A DNA stretch of 49,138 nt. Source: an uncultured archaeon (GTDB taxonomy: Archaea > Aenigmatarchaeota > Aenigmatarchaeia > CG10238-14 > SCSR01). Position 1 is the first letter of the stretch. Each line of letters opens with the position of its first letter. A program made the translations under genes and the position numbers. Location: contig CAZDLC010000001.1 of assembly GCA_964506615.1 (NCBI GenBank), positions 1-49,138 of the forward strand, written 5' to 3'. The notes beneath the pieces are model-generated. The model was not told where the DNA came from. It made no database searches and worked only from the letters and a program-made list of their open reading frames with translations. Shown in pieces: positions 27,097 to 36,375 of this stretch.

Positions 27097-28095
27097 TTAC
27101 CTCCAGAAATTTCTTACCTCTTCTTTGAATTTTAAGTAAGCCTCTCTTTTGTTCATTTTTTCAGAACAAACTATAAAGAAATAAAGAAGATAATCCATTT
27201 CCTTTTTCTTGTCAGGGTTTTTTATCTTACTTATTTCATTTTCGTAATCTATCTTAGCGGCCCTTCCAAAAAAATCAGAAGTTTCAGGATTGTAGTTGTT
27301 TATTACTTCAACAATTCTTTCATAAGGGATTTGTTTGATTTTTTCTATGGATATTTCTTCTACTTCTTTCTTTTCCTTTCTAGTTCTTTTTCTTTTCTTC
27401 TCTTTTGCTACATATTCTGAAATAGCTTCTAAACCTTTTTCTTCAACTTTAACTTCCTCTTCAGTTACTTTAGCTTCTTCTACTTTTATCTCAGGTGGTG
27501 TTTGAATTTCTGGTACAACTAAAATTTCGGGAAAAAGATCCTTGTAATATTCTTTAAAAACTTTTTGAATTTCTTCTCTTGAAAGTTTATTTATAAAGGC
27601 AAGTCTGTGGAGTCTTTTTATATCTTCAACGAGTTCTTCAGCACCGCTCTCTTCAGGACTTTTATCTTCGTAATGGAAAAACATTGAGCCATCGCCTAAG
27701 TGGAAAGCTAAAAATTGGGAAGTAGAGCAATCTAGTTTAGGATATCTCTTTGAAAAAATTGGATTAAGTTTTTCTGCTATCAGAATTTTATCTTTTGCAA
27801 AAATTTCTTTTCCGCCAAAACTATTTGGCAAATAATATAGGGAATTGTTTCTTCTGCATATTATAGGAACTTTAGCAACAGCTCTTTTCACTTCTTCAAA
27901 AAGATTTTCAACAATTGCTTCTAAGCATTTATAACTTGGCTCACTATATCTATCAAAGTTTGTTATTTCTGCCTTGTACCATTTTCCAAAAAGTTTGTAT
28001 TTAATGTATTTGCCTTTAACTATTCTTAATTCTCTAATTTGGCTTGTATCAAATGGTGGAAGAAAAATGCTTACTTTTTCAAAGAAATTTATCAT
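27097..28095 (-). CDS. Hypothetical protein with a central Glu/Lys/Val low-complexity linker
   Basis: A 332-aa ORF with no recognisable motif. The start codon lies 35 nt downstream of the 3' end of tRNA-Arg, on the same strand. Confidence 0.45.
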   Translation of the reverse strand: MINFFEKVSIFLPPFDTSQIRELRIVKGKYIKYKLFGKWYKAEITNFDRYSEPSYKCLEAIVENLFEEVKRAVAKVPIICRRNNSLYYLPNSFGGKEIFAKDKILIAEKLNPIFSKRYPKLDCSTSQFLAFHLGDGSMFFHYEDKSPEESGAEELVEDIKRLHRLAFINKLSREEIQKVFKEYYKDLFPEILVVPEIQTPPEIKVEEAKVTEEEVKVEEKGLEAISEYVAKEKKRKRTRKEKKEVEEISIEKIKQIPYERIVEVINNYNPETSDFFGRAAKIDYENEISKIKNPDKKKEMDYLLYFFIVCSEKMNKREAYLKFKEEVRNFWR

Positions 28096-28129
28096 GATTT
28101 TAATGAAGAGATAAGAGATTTAAAATTTA

Positions 28130-28235
28130 TGCCCCCGGCGGGATTTGAACCCGCGACCTTCACCTTTCATCCTTATTTCAAGCCTTCTAGCTAAGCTAGA
28201 AGGGTGCTGCTCTATCCAAGCTGAGCTACGGGGGC
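28130..28235 (-). tRNA. tRNA-Arg (anticodon UCU) with a 31-nt intron at the canonical 37/38 position; CCA not encoded
   Basis: - Arms: acceptor GCCCCCG/CGGGGGC, D arm GCUC-AGCUUGGAUA-GAGC, anticodon stem GCACC/GGUGA, T arm GCGGG-UUCAAAU-CCCGC.
- Coordinates: exon 1 is 28197..28235, the intron 28166..28196, and exon 2 28130..28165.
- A near-canonical bulge-helix-bulge can be drawn. The central helix C32-C35 / intron G26-G29 has one U-U mismatch. The 3-nt bulges are U36-A37-G(i1) and A(i30)-A(i31)-A38. The inner helix is CUUA/UAAG. Confidence 0.8.
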
Positions 28236-28485
28236 TATTAATTATTTTAGAAATTAATTTATTTTCTTTTTTCATATTCTCATACAAGCAAAACTTTAAG
28301 TGATTTATTTAAAATACTTTTTTCGAGAGAAATGCATATTTTTTTGTCCATTTAGCCCTTTTAAAAGGTGCTCCTGCCCGAAACAAAGATTATAGCGCTA
28401 ATTTTTCTACTAAAGACTTGTTCTTTGTTATTATAACACTTACTTCCACAAAAAGAATTTAAAACTTGAGTTCAAAATACTTAAA

Positions 28486-29844
28486 GTGGAAAAGAAAAGA
28501 TTTTATTTTCTCCTATCTTTAGAAATCCTTTTCTTTTTCTCTCTTTACTTATTTTTTCTTTTCTCCAGACCTTACGAATTAGATGAATCTCTCTACATAC
28601 TCTCTGGAAAAATGATAATTTTAAATCAGATGAACCCCATTTCTCCAAGTTATGAAAATCCTTTCACTTATATTTTCGGTAGCCCATTTGCTCCAATACT
28701 TTACGGCTTATTTTTCTTTGTAGGAGGATTTTTTATATCTCGAATAGTTTCTCTAATTTCTGTAATTTCATCTCTAATAGTTCTTTCAAAAATTGTTAAA
28801 GATTTTTTTGGTAAAAGATATGTTCATCTAGCGGTCTTTCTCTCAGGAATTTCTGCATCCGCTATTCTTCTTGCTTCAAATGCATTGCTAGATTCTCTTG
28901 CAATTCTTTTTTTAATTCTCTCCTTTTATTTTATCTACGCTAAAAGGAATTACTTGGCTGGTATTTTCATGGGAATAGCAATTCTATTTAAATTCTTCCT
29001 TTTTCTTCCGTCTTTATTAATTTTGCTTTACCTTTTAAGAAAAAAAGATTTGAAATTTCTGTATGGCCTCTTTTTAATTATTTTTCCTTATTTTATTTCA
29101 AACTATCCAGTTTTATTTCAAGTTCTAAGGTTCCTTATATCCAGGCCAAATTTTCAAAGCGTGGAGTTTAATTTTGCTCAAATGTTAAGAGAAATTTGGT
29201 GCTCATTTCCTGTTTCGATTTATGTTTGCACTCTTTTTTTGAAAGAGAAAATTGTGAGGGATAATCTAATTCTTTTAATTCCAGCTATTTCCCTTTTTCT
29301 ATTCCATTTTTTATCTTTAAATTATGTTTCAGTCCCAAGACATATGAGTTATGCAATTTTTTCTTCCTCAATTTTAGCATCCGTTCTAATTCAAAAATAT
29401 GAGAAATATAAGTTCTTTCCTGTCTTCCTTTTAATTTTCCTTCTTCTCCTCTCTTATCTAAACTTAAATCAAGCAATTAGTGCGATAAATAGTATGCCAT
29501 CTTATGAGTTTGTGGAAAATGAAATAAGAGAAATAGAGGGAAATATTTTAGCAATAAATCCTTATATAGTTCATTTACTTAAGGGAAGTGATTTAAGAGA
29601 TAAGCGCATAAAATCTTTTTTTGAAGTAGGATGCTATGAGCGTGAAGGTTTATACAGTGCTATAGTGAATTCTTCCATGTTTGATTATGCCATAATTTCT
29701 TCCAAGCCATATTTCTTAGAGTGTGAAAAACTACAGGAATTGGTTAGAAAAAGTTTTTGCCCCTTTAAAGTGATTAATTCAACAAAAAATGTTATAGAGA
29801 TTTACTATAATTGTAATTTTTCTTCAAAATTCAAAAATTTTTAA
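28486..29844 (+). CDS. Polytopic membrane protein, GT-C-type glycosyltransferase-like (ArnT/PMT-like)
   Basis: About 11 TM segments. A DE motif (YELDESLY) follows TM1, and there is a soluble C-terminal domain. GTG start. The family assignment rests on topology and this motif only. Confidence 0.4.
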   Translation: MEKKRFYFLLSLEILFFFSLYLFFLFSRPYELDESLYILSGKMIILNQMNPISPSYENPFTYIFGSPFAPILYGLFFFVGGFFISRIVSLISVISSLIVLSKIVKDFFGKRYVHLAVFLSGISASAILLASNALLDSLAILFLILSFYFIYAKRNYLAGIFMGIAILFKFFLFLPSLLILLYLLRKKDLKFLYGLFLIIFPYFISNYPVLFQVLRFLISRPNFQSVEFNFAQMLREIWCSFPVSIYVCTLFLKEKIVRDNLILLIPAISLFLFHFLSLNYVSVPRHMSYAIFSSSILASVLIQKYEKYKFFPVFLLIFLLLLSYLNLNQAISAINSMPSYEFVENEIREIEGNILAINPYIVHLLKGSDLRDKRIKSFFEVGCYEREGLYSAIVNSSMFDYAIISSKPYFLECEKLQELVRKSFCPFKVINSTKNVIEIYYNCNFSSKFKNF

Positions 29845-29876
29845 ATGAAACAACAATTTATTAGAAGAGGTTAAAG

Positions 29877-32558
29877 ATGGATTTTAAAAAAATAGAAAGA
29901 AAATGGCAAAGAAAATGGGAAAGGGCTAGAATTTTTGAAGCTAATGTAAGCAAAAGGCCAAAATTTTTCATAACTTTTCCAATTCCGTATTTAAATGGAA
30001 GCATGCACATTGGTTCAGGGTTTACTGCATTGAGGTGTGATTGCTATGCAAGATTTAAAAGATTACAAGGTTTTAATGTTCTTTTCCCCCAAGCTTTCCA
30101 TGCAACAGGAGAGCCAATTCTAGGAGCTATAGAGAGGTTAAAAAAAGGTGATAAGTCACAGGAAGAAACTTTCAAGCTCTATGGTGCTACTCAAAAAGAT
30201 TTAGAAAATTTCAAGAAGTATGGAGCCGAATATGCAGCAAGATTTTGGGCTGAAAGATTTAAAGAAGATATGAAATTAGCAGGATTTTCAATAGACTGGA
30301 GAAGAAGCTTCCTAACAGCTTTGGACGAGCACTTCAACAAATTCATAGAGTGGCAGTATAATTTGTTGAGAAAAAAAGGTTATGTTAAGAAGGGAACACA
30401 TCCTGTAATTTATTGTCCAAACTGTAAAAGCCCGACAGGAGACCATGACAGGCTAATAGGTGAAGGTGAAAGTCCGTTAGAATTTATAATAATTAAATTT
30501 TATTTTGAAAATGGAGAAGTTTTACCTTGCGCTACTTTAAGGCCAGAAACTGTTTATGGTGTAACAAACATTTGGATTAACCCAAATATAGATTATGTTA
30601 AAGCTTTAGTAAACGAGGAAGTTTGGATTTTAAGTAAGGAAGCTGCTTTTAAACTTAAGGAACAGCTTAAAAAAGTTTTAGTAAGTGAGGAAATATCTGG
30701 ATTTGAAATTGTAGGTAAAGTTGTTGAAAATCCTGTAACTAAAGATAAAGTTTTAGTTCTTCCTGCTGAATTTTGCGACCCAAAAATTGGAACTGGTATT
30801 GTGATGTCAGTCCCTGCTCATGCTCCTTACGATTACATAGCTTTAATTGAATTACAAACTTATGAAAATGAATTAAAAAAGTATGGACTTGACCCAGAGA
30901 AGATAAGGGAAATTAAGCCAATTTCCATAATTAAAACAAATGGTTTCGGAGAAATTCCAGCAAAGGAAGTTTGTGAAAAATTTGGGGTTAAATCCCAAAA
31001 AGAAAGGGAAAAGCTTGAACAAGCTACTCAGTTTTTGTATAAGGAAGAATTCCATTCCGGGATTTTAAAGGAAAATTGTGGTGAATATTCTGGATTAAAA
31101 GTTTCCGAAATCAAGGAAAAGCTTACGAAGGAGTTTATTAAAAGAAAAATAGCTGATTTAATGTACGAGCCTTCGGGAAAGGTTGTTTGTAGGTGTGGAA
31201 CTGAAAATTATGTGAAAATTTTGGAAAAACAATGGTTCTTAAAGTATTCGGACAAGAAGTGGAAAGAGCTTGCGAAAAAATGCTTGAAAAAAGCAAAAAT
31301 AATTCCAGAAGAGGCAAGGGCACAATTTGAAGCAACGATAGAATTTCTCAAGGAAAAGGCATGCGCAAGAAAAACTGGTTTGGGTACTCCTTTACCCTGG
31401 GATAAAGAATGGAAAGTTGAAACTTTGAGCGATTCTACTATATACATGGCTTTTTACACTATCGCAAAAGTTATAAAAGAGAAAAAGATTCCTGCAAGTA
31501 AGCTTACAAGTGATGTTTTTGATTACATTTTTCTTGGAAAAGGGAATTTAAAAGAAATAATTAAAAAAGTTAAATTGAGCAAAGAAACTCTTCAGGAAAT
31601 GAGGAAAGAATTTGAGTACTTCTATCCGGTTGATTTAAGAAATTCTGCAAAAGACCTAGTTCCAAATCATTTAACATTTTATCTCTTTCACCATGTTGCA
31701 ATTTGGGGGGAAAAATTCTGGCCAAAAGGGATAAGCATTAACGGTTTTGTTAATGTTTATGGAGATAAAATGAGTAAGTCAAGGGGGAATATTATTCCAC
31801 TAAGAGATTTGATAAAGAAGTATGGAAGTGATTTGGTTAGAATTAATATAGTAGCTTCTAATGAAGGGTTAAACGATGCAGACTGGAGGGATGAAACTAT
31901 TGGAGCATATTCATCTAGAATTTCCTTTCTTTTTGACGTAGTTAAAAAAGTTAAAAATGCTAAGAGAAAGGAAATCAAAAATATTGATGTTTATCTTAAA
32001 AGTAAAATTCAAGAGATAGTAAAGGAAACAGAAAAAAATTATGAAGAGCTCAAATTTAGAAGTGCAGCAAAAACAGGTTTTTTTGACTCTTTAAAGGAAA
32101 TTAAGTGGTATATTGAAAGAAATAGCGGAATAGAAAATTGCAATAAAAAAGTTTTGAGAGAAGTTTTGGAAGTTGTAATTAAAATTATTTCTCCCTTGCT
32201 TCCTCATATAGCCGAAGAACTTTGGAGCATTTTAGGTAAAAAAGGTTTTGTTTCAATTTCAGAATGGCCTAAGCTTGAGAAAATTGATAAAAAGGTTTTA
32301 GAGTTAGAAGAAAATTTGAAGAATTTAATTGAAGATGTTAAAAATATAATTAAAATTGCTGGGAAGAAAAGAAATTGTTATTTATACGTTTCAAGTAAAG
32401 AAGAATTCAACCATTTAAATGAAGCAAGGGATTTCTTGAAGAAAGCACTAGGTTTTGAGGAATTAACTATTTTTATGGCTTCTGATGAAAAAAGGTATGA
32501 CCCACAAAATAAGGCAAGTAAAGCAAAATATGGCAAGCCAGGAATTTACTTAGAATAG
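29877..32558 (+). CDS. leuS: Leucyl-tRNA synthetase (archaeal type)
   Basis: PYLNGSMHIGSG (HIGH region), KMSKSRGN, an inserted CP1 editing domain, and CPNCKS zinc motifs. GAGGT lies 8 nt upstream of the ATG. Confidence 0.95.
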   Translation: MDFKKIERKWQRKWERARIFEANVSKRPKFFITFPIPYLNGSMHIGSGFTALRCDCYARFKRLQGFNVLFPQAFHATGEPILGAIERLKKGDKSQEETFKLYGATQKDLENFKKYGAEYAARFWAERFKEDMKLAGFSIDWRRSFLTALDEHFNKFIEWQYNLLRKKGYVKKGTHPVIYCPNCKSPTGDHDRLIGEGESPLEFIIIKFYFENGEVLPCATLRPETVYGVTNIWINPNIDYVKALVNEEVWILSKEAAFKLKEQLKKVLVSEEISGFEIVGKVVENPVTKDKVLVLPAEFCDPKIGTGIVMSVPAHAPYDYIALIELQTYENELKKYGLDPEKIREIKPISIIKTNGFGEIPAKEVCEKFGVKSQKEREKLEQATQFLYKEEFHSGILKENCGEYSGLKVSEIKEKLTKEFIKRKIADLMYEPSGKVVCRCGTENYVKILEKQWFLKYSDKKWKELAKKCLKKAKIIPEEARAQFEATIEFLKEKACARKTGLGTPLPWDKEWKVETLSDSTIYMAFYTIAKVIKEKKIPASKLTSDVFDYIFLGKGNLKEIIKKVKLSKETLQEMRKEFEYFYPVDLRNSAKDLVPNHLTFYLFHHVAIWGEKFWPKGISINGFVNVYGDKMSKSRGNIIPLRDLIKKYGSDLVRINIVASNEGLNDADWRDETIGAYSSRISFLFDVVKKVKNAKRKEIKNIDVYLKSKIQEIVKETEKNYEELKFRSAAKTGFFDSLKEIKWYIERNSGIENCNKKVLREVLEVVIKIISPLLPHIAEELWSILGKKGFVSISEWPKLEKIDKKVLELEENLKNLIEDVKNIIKIAGKKRNCYLYVSSKEEFNHLNEARDFLKKALGFEELTIFMASDEKRYDPQNKASKAKYGKPGIYLE

Positions 32559-33353
32559 TTAAGATAAAGATATGGCAAGTACTTCCACAACTCCTGCAAT
32601 GAGAAGTAAAATTATAGAAACTGCTAAAAGCTTTGCGCTATCCCTAAAGATAAACCAAATCCATTTTGGCTTTCTTCTTGTTAATGCTGCAGAAATAAGA
32701 CCTCCAGCTATAGCTCCTATGAAGTATGCAAGAATTTCTAAACTTCCGTGCGGGAAAAAAACCATTGCTGCCAATGGCAAAGCCTTTATTCCTCCTATAC
32801 TTTTTGCAAGCATACCTATAGCTACAGCTAAAACTGAAGCATTCCAAGTTAATATGAAAATTGCTCCAGCTCCAAAAATGAATGAAAATAGAAACGAGAG
32901 GAAAAGAACTCCTATGTTGTTCGATACTATCCTGAAAAATGTGTCTGGAGATGCAAAACTACCTCTTATAGCATTAATCTCATTTATCTGATCTTCAAAA
33001 ATTTTTTGGCTTAAGTTTTCTGGAAGAAGTAAGTAAAGAAGAGAGTAAGAGAAAACTATTGAAACGAAAAATATGGAAAAGATGAGAAGAATGTTTCTAT
33101 GTCTTTTAATTAGGCCTATATCCCTTCTGTGCTGATAAAGTTCTTCTTCTCTTGCTTCTTCATATCTTAAAAGATTAACCATGAAAGGAGTTACAGCAAT
33201 AGTTATAAGAAATGTCGTAAACATTCCTATAGAAGATTGAAAAACTGTATAAGAAATTAAAATACAAGTTAAGGAAATTGCTATTCCAAAAAAGAATAAA
33301 AGGTAAGGCCTTTTTTCTGCGGTTTTTACAGAAACGAGCTTTTCTATTACCAC
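32559..33353 (-). CDS. SpoIIM-like / DUF95 integral membrane protein
   Basis: Six TM helices and the FFPHGSLEILAYFIGAIAG block typical of the stage II sporulation protein M family. The stop abuts the leuS stop. Confidence 0.7.
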   Translation of the reverse strand: MVIEKLVSVKTAEKRPYLLFFFGIAISLTCILISYTVFQSSIGMFTTFLITIAVTPFMVNLLRYEEAREEELYQHRRDIGLIKRHRNILLIFSIFFVSIVFSYSLLYLLLPENLSQKIFEDQINEINAIRGSFASPDTFFRIVSNNIGVLFLSFLFSFIFGAGAIFILTWNASVLAVAIGMLAKSIGGIKALPLAAMVFFPHGSLEILAYFIGAIAGGLISAALTRRKPKWIWFIFRDSAKLLAVSIILLLIAGVVEVLAISLS

Positions 33354-33389
33354 AAATTAAATTTATAAAAATAAACTATTAAAGTTAAA

Positions 33390-33842
33390 ATGGGTCAAAT
33401 GAGGCTGAGAATTCCAAAATCTGTAATAATTTCAAGCTTTTTAATATTCTTAATGCTAGGCTCTACTCTGATTTATTTTTTCACAAGCCTTTTAAGACCA
33501 ACCGGAATGATAGCTCTACCAGAAAAAAATATTATAGATTATGAGCTTTCTTTGATGCAAGAAAATTTTGCGATACAAAAGGGTAAAACGCTTATTAAAT
33601 TTTTTTACTCGAATGAATGCGAGGAATGCTTAAGAATGAAGAATTATTTAGAAGATATTGCAAGTAAGTATAAGGATCAAATAATACTTCAAGAAATTAG
33701 CTTAAATACAAGCTCTTACGAAATAAAGTTATCCAGCTTTTATGGTCAAAAAATCTTAAGAAATTCAACTGAACAAGAAATTTTCAAAGTACTTTGTGAT
33801 TTAATGTTTTCTCCACCAGCTGAATGTGTAAAATTTGAGTGA
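33390..33842 (+). CDS. Membrane-anchored thioredoxin-fold-like protein with a CxxC motif
   Basis: An N-terminal TM anchor followed by LIKFFYSNECEECLRMKNYLEDI, a beta-strand plus CxxC plus helix arrangement as in thioredoxin-like proteins. Confidence 0.35.
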   Translation: MGQMRLRIPKSVIISSFLIFLMLGSTLIYFFTSLLRPTGMIALPEKNIIDYELSLMQENFAIQKGKTLIKFFYSNECEECLRMKNYLEDIASKYKDQIILQEISLNTSSYEIKLSSFYGQKILRNSTEQEIFKVLCDLMFSPPAECVKFE

Positions 33843-34440
33843 GAAATTGAAGTTTGTTGGAATAGACCTTGCTGGGAGCGAAAAAAGGGAAACAGGATTT
33901 TGCGTAATGGATGAAAAACTTTTTGTTGAGACCAAAGTTTTGTTTAAGGATAGGGAAATTGTTAAGGAAGTTAAAAAAGCTAATCCAAAGGTTGTTGCTA
34001 TAGATGCTCCTTTAGCTTTACCAAAAGGGAGGCCGAGCCTCGCAAAAAAATATTCAAAATTTGGGCACTTAAGAAAATGCGATAAGGAGCTTTTAAAGAT
34101 GGGGATAAAATTTTTTCCAATAACCTTAGGTCCTATGAGGAAATTAACTGAAAGAGGAATTAAGTTGAAGAAAAAAATAGAAAAAGAAGGGTTTGAAGTT
34201 ATAGAAACATATCCTGGAGGAGCGCAAGATATTCTGAAAATTTCCAGGAAGAAAGATCCAAAAAAATTGAAAGAAGGATTGGAAAGAATTGGAATTAAAG
34301 GTTTGAAAAAAGATGTTAGTGAACATGAATTAGATGCTGTAACATGTGCACTAGTTGGTAAAATGTATTTTGAAGGGAATTATCTTGCAGTTGGAGACGA
34401 AAAAGAGGCTCTTTTAATTTTGCCTAGGGAAAAAAAGTGA
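33835..34440 (+). CDS. RNase H-fold predicted nuclease (DUF429/COG2410-like)
   Basis: FVGIDLAGSEKRETGFCVM and VVAIDAPLALPKGR match the family's two acidic motifs. C-terminal HELDAVTCALVG. TTG start. Confidence 0.5.
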   Translation: MSEKLKFVGIDLAGSEKRETGFCVMDEKLFVETKVLFKDREIVKEVKKANPKVVAIDAPLALPKGRPSLAKKYSKFGHLRKCDKELLKMGIKFFPITLGPMRKLTERGIKLKKKIEKEGFEVIETYPGGAQDILKISRKKDPKKLKEGLERIGIKGLKKDVSEHELDAVTCALVGKMYFEGNYLAVGDEKEALLILPREKK

Positions 34441-34720
34441 CAAATGGTTCGCAGTTTCCTTTCAAGTCTTCACAGGAAGGAGTTCCCGAGCAGGGAATTA
34501 AATTGCATTCTCTTGCACACTTACAAAGGTTTTGTGAAATATTTTTATCGCTAGGGTATGAAGTTAAATTACAGTTAGTGCACCAATTAATCAAAGAGGT
34601 TTTACATATCTCACAATTTGCTGTAGAAGGAGAAATGTAAAGAGAATAAAGATAAATTGCAACTATCAAAACAACTAATCCCAAAGCTAGTAAGAGAATT
34701 TTATCATAAGCTATGCTCAT
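34424..34720 (-). CDS. Small exported or membrane-anchored Cys-rich protein (12 Cys in about 65 aa)
   Basis: An N-terminal TM/signal anchor (ILLLALGLVVLIVAIYLYSLY) followed by CEICK, WCTNC, CKCAREC, PCSGTPSC and NCEP. Confidence 0.45.
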   Translation of the reverse strand: MSIAYDKILLLALGLVVLIVAIYLYSLYISPSTANCEICKTSLINWCTNCNLTSYPSDKNISQNLCKCARECNLIPCSGTPSCEDLKGNCEPFVTFFP

Positions 34721-34754
34721 AAACTATAATTATTAAGATTACTAAATTAGTTTT

Positions 34755-35438
34755 ATGGAAAAGGAAAGGATAGAAACAGGAATTCCGGGTTTAGACAAGC
34801 TAATTGAAGGAGGTTTTATTAAAGGTTCTACTATTTTGCTTTGTGGAAGTACAGGAACTGGAAAGACAATATTTTCTTGCCAATTTATTTGGCATGGTTT
34901 GCAAAAGGGCGAAAATGGGGTTTATCTAACGCTAGAAGAAGAAAAGGAAAGTATAATAAAGTGTGCAGAAGATTTTGGATGGGATTTTAAAAAGTATATA
35001 AACCAGAAAAAGCTTATCGTTGAGTCTATATTTCCGTCAAGCTTAGAGGAGATAAAAGATACTATAAGGGAGTTGATAAGAAGGGTTGATGCAAAAAGGT
35101 TTGTTTTGGATAGCTTGAGTGTTGCTACTATGGGTTGGAAGGAGAGTGAATCGATACCAATAATTAGAAGAAGCGTATTTGAACTTGCAAAAACTTTAAA
35201 AGATTTACAAGTTACTAGCATCTTGATAAGTGAAATACCAGAAGGTGAAAACAAGTTGAGCAGACTTGGCATTGAAGAATTTGTAGTTGATGGAATAATA
35301 AGACTTCACTATCTTGAATTTACAACAGCAGATACACCAAGAAGCTTAGTAATAAGAAAAATGAGAAGAACGAATCATGAAACTGATATATTTCCTTTTG
35401 AGATTACTGAAAAAGGCATAGTTGTTAAAAGGGGGTAG
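34755..35438 (+). CDS. KaiC/RadA-like single-domain RecA-superfamily ATPase (COG0467-like)
   Basis: GIPGLDKLIEGGFIKGSTILLCGSTGTGKT (Walker A), FVLDSLS (Walker B) and IRKMRRTNH. Confidence 0.8.
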   Translation: MEKERIETGIPGLDKLIEGGFIKGSTILLCGSTGTGKTIFSCQFIWHGLQKGENGVYLTLEEEKESIIKCAEDFGWDFKKYINQKKLIVESIFPSSLEEIKDTIRELIRRVDAKRFVLDSLSVATMGWKESESIPIIRRSVFELAKTLKDLQVTSILISEIPEGENKLSRLGIEEFVVDGIIRLHYLEFTTADTPRSLVIRKMRRTNHETDIFPFEITEKGIVVKRG

Positions 35439-35487
35439 TAAGATAAAGATTTATTAATTTTCTCATTTATCATAAATTAGGATTATT

Positions 35488-36375
35488 ATGAGCATGACAC
35501 TTCTTGTTCAAAAATTAGAAAAAGAAATTAGAAATAAGAGAATTAAAAACGGAGAAATTATTGAAAATAATGTTATCAAGCCTGTTATATATTCTTGGGG
35601 AAAGAGGCATTTGTTCTCAGATCCTGAATCAACCTTTCTCAACTTTAAGAACAGAACTTTGCCACTTTTCAAGGAGTGTATAAGGAATTTATTTAATATT
35701 ACACCATCTACTGAAAAGGAAAATGCTGAATATCTTAAGACTTTAGATGAAAGAATAAATGAAGCTAACGAAGTAAATAAGTTTGACAGGACTGTAATTA
35801 TAAGATACGAATTTGAAATTGGAAATGGTTTGGTAAATCTGGGTTTTAAAAAACTCTTAAAAGATCATTTAGATTTAAGAAAAGACCCACATTCGCTTAA
35901 GGAAGAAATAGATCTCATAAAAAAGGATGTTGGCTTTGCTGTTAGTAGATATGTTAAAAGTTACATAAGTACAGAAAAATCTATGTTCGGACCAAAAGGA
36001 ATTTATTATACAGCCCCATTAGGCCAAGCTGAGTTAAAATTTGCATTCGACGAGATTGTTAAGTTAAAAGTTTCTAAAACTCCTTTATTACCTTCCTTAA
36101 CTCCAAAGAATTACTGGAAAATAGGAATAGAAGATAAATCATTCATTTACGATATTTCTAGAATAATGGAAAATCTGTCTCAGCCCCACGGTCGTTTGAG
36201 ATACTTTATTTCAAAGTACGGAACGCATCCTTTATGCTATCCAAATATGTGCTTAGACTTTCTTTTAGAAAAAGATTATGAATTGGTTGGAACTTATCTT
36301 AACATGATTGGGTATTTGGAAGTTCCTTGGTTCAAGTCTAAGCAATTACCCAAACCTCTAGAGTATGTTGTTTAA
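35488..36375 (+). CDS. Hypothetical protein
   Basis: A 295-aa ORF 49 nt downstream of the KaiC-like gene on the same strand. No motif recognised. Confidence 0.45.
   Translation: MSMTLLVQKLEKEIRNKRIKNGEIIENNVIKPVIYSWGKRHLFSDPESTFLNFKNRTLPLFKECIRNLFNITPSTEKENAEYLKTLDERINEANEVNKFDRTVIIRYEFEIGNGLVNLGFKKLLKDHLDLRKDPHSLKEEIDLIKKDVGFAVSRYVKSYISTEKSMFGPKGIYYTAPLGQAELKFAFDEIVKLKVSKTPLLPSLTPKNYWKIGIEDKSFIYDISRIMENLSQPHGRLRYFISKYGTHPLCYPNMCLDFLLEKDYELVGTYLNMIGYLEVPWFKSKQLPKPLEYVV

Noticed and set aside
28130-28235. Alternative intron placements giving anticodon UCA or UGA for the intron-containing tRNA
   Set aside because: Only the 37/38 placement gives a bulge-helix-bulge with both splice sites in 3-nt bulges, U33 and a purine at position 37. 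The body lacks the long variable arm required for Ser or Sec.
28357-28368. 12-bp perfect palindrome CCTTTTAAAAGG in the spacer between tRNA-Arg and the GT-C-like gene
   Set aside because: It is short, AT-rich and isolated. Such palindromes are expected by chance at this base composition, and there is no second copy or adjacent regulator.
32572-32991. 139-aa plus-strand ORF and 67-aa minus-strand ORF overlapping the SpoIIM-like gene
   Set aside because: The SpoIIM-like minus-strand frame has consistent TM helices and a family signature. The others are shadows.
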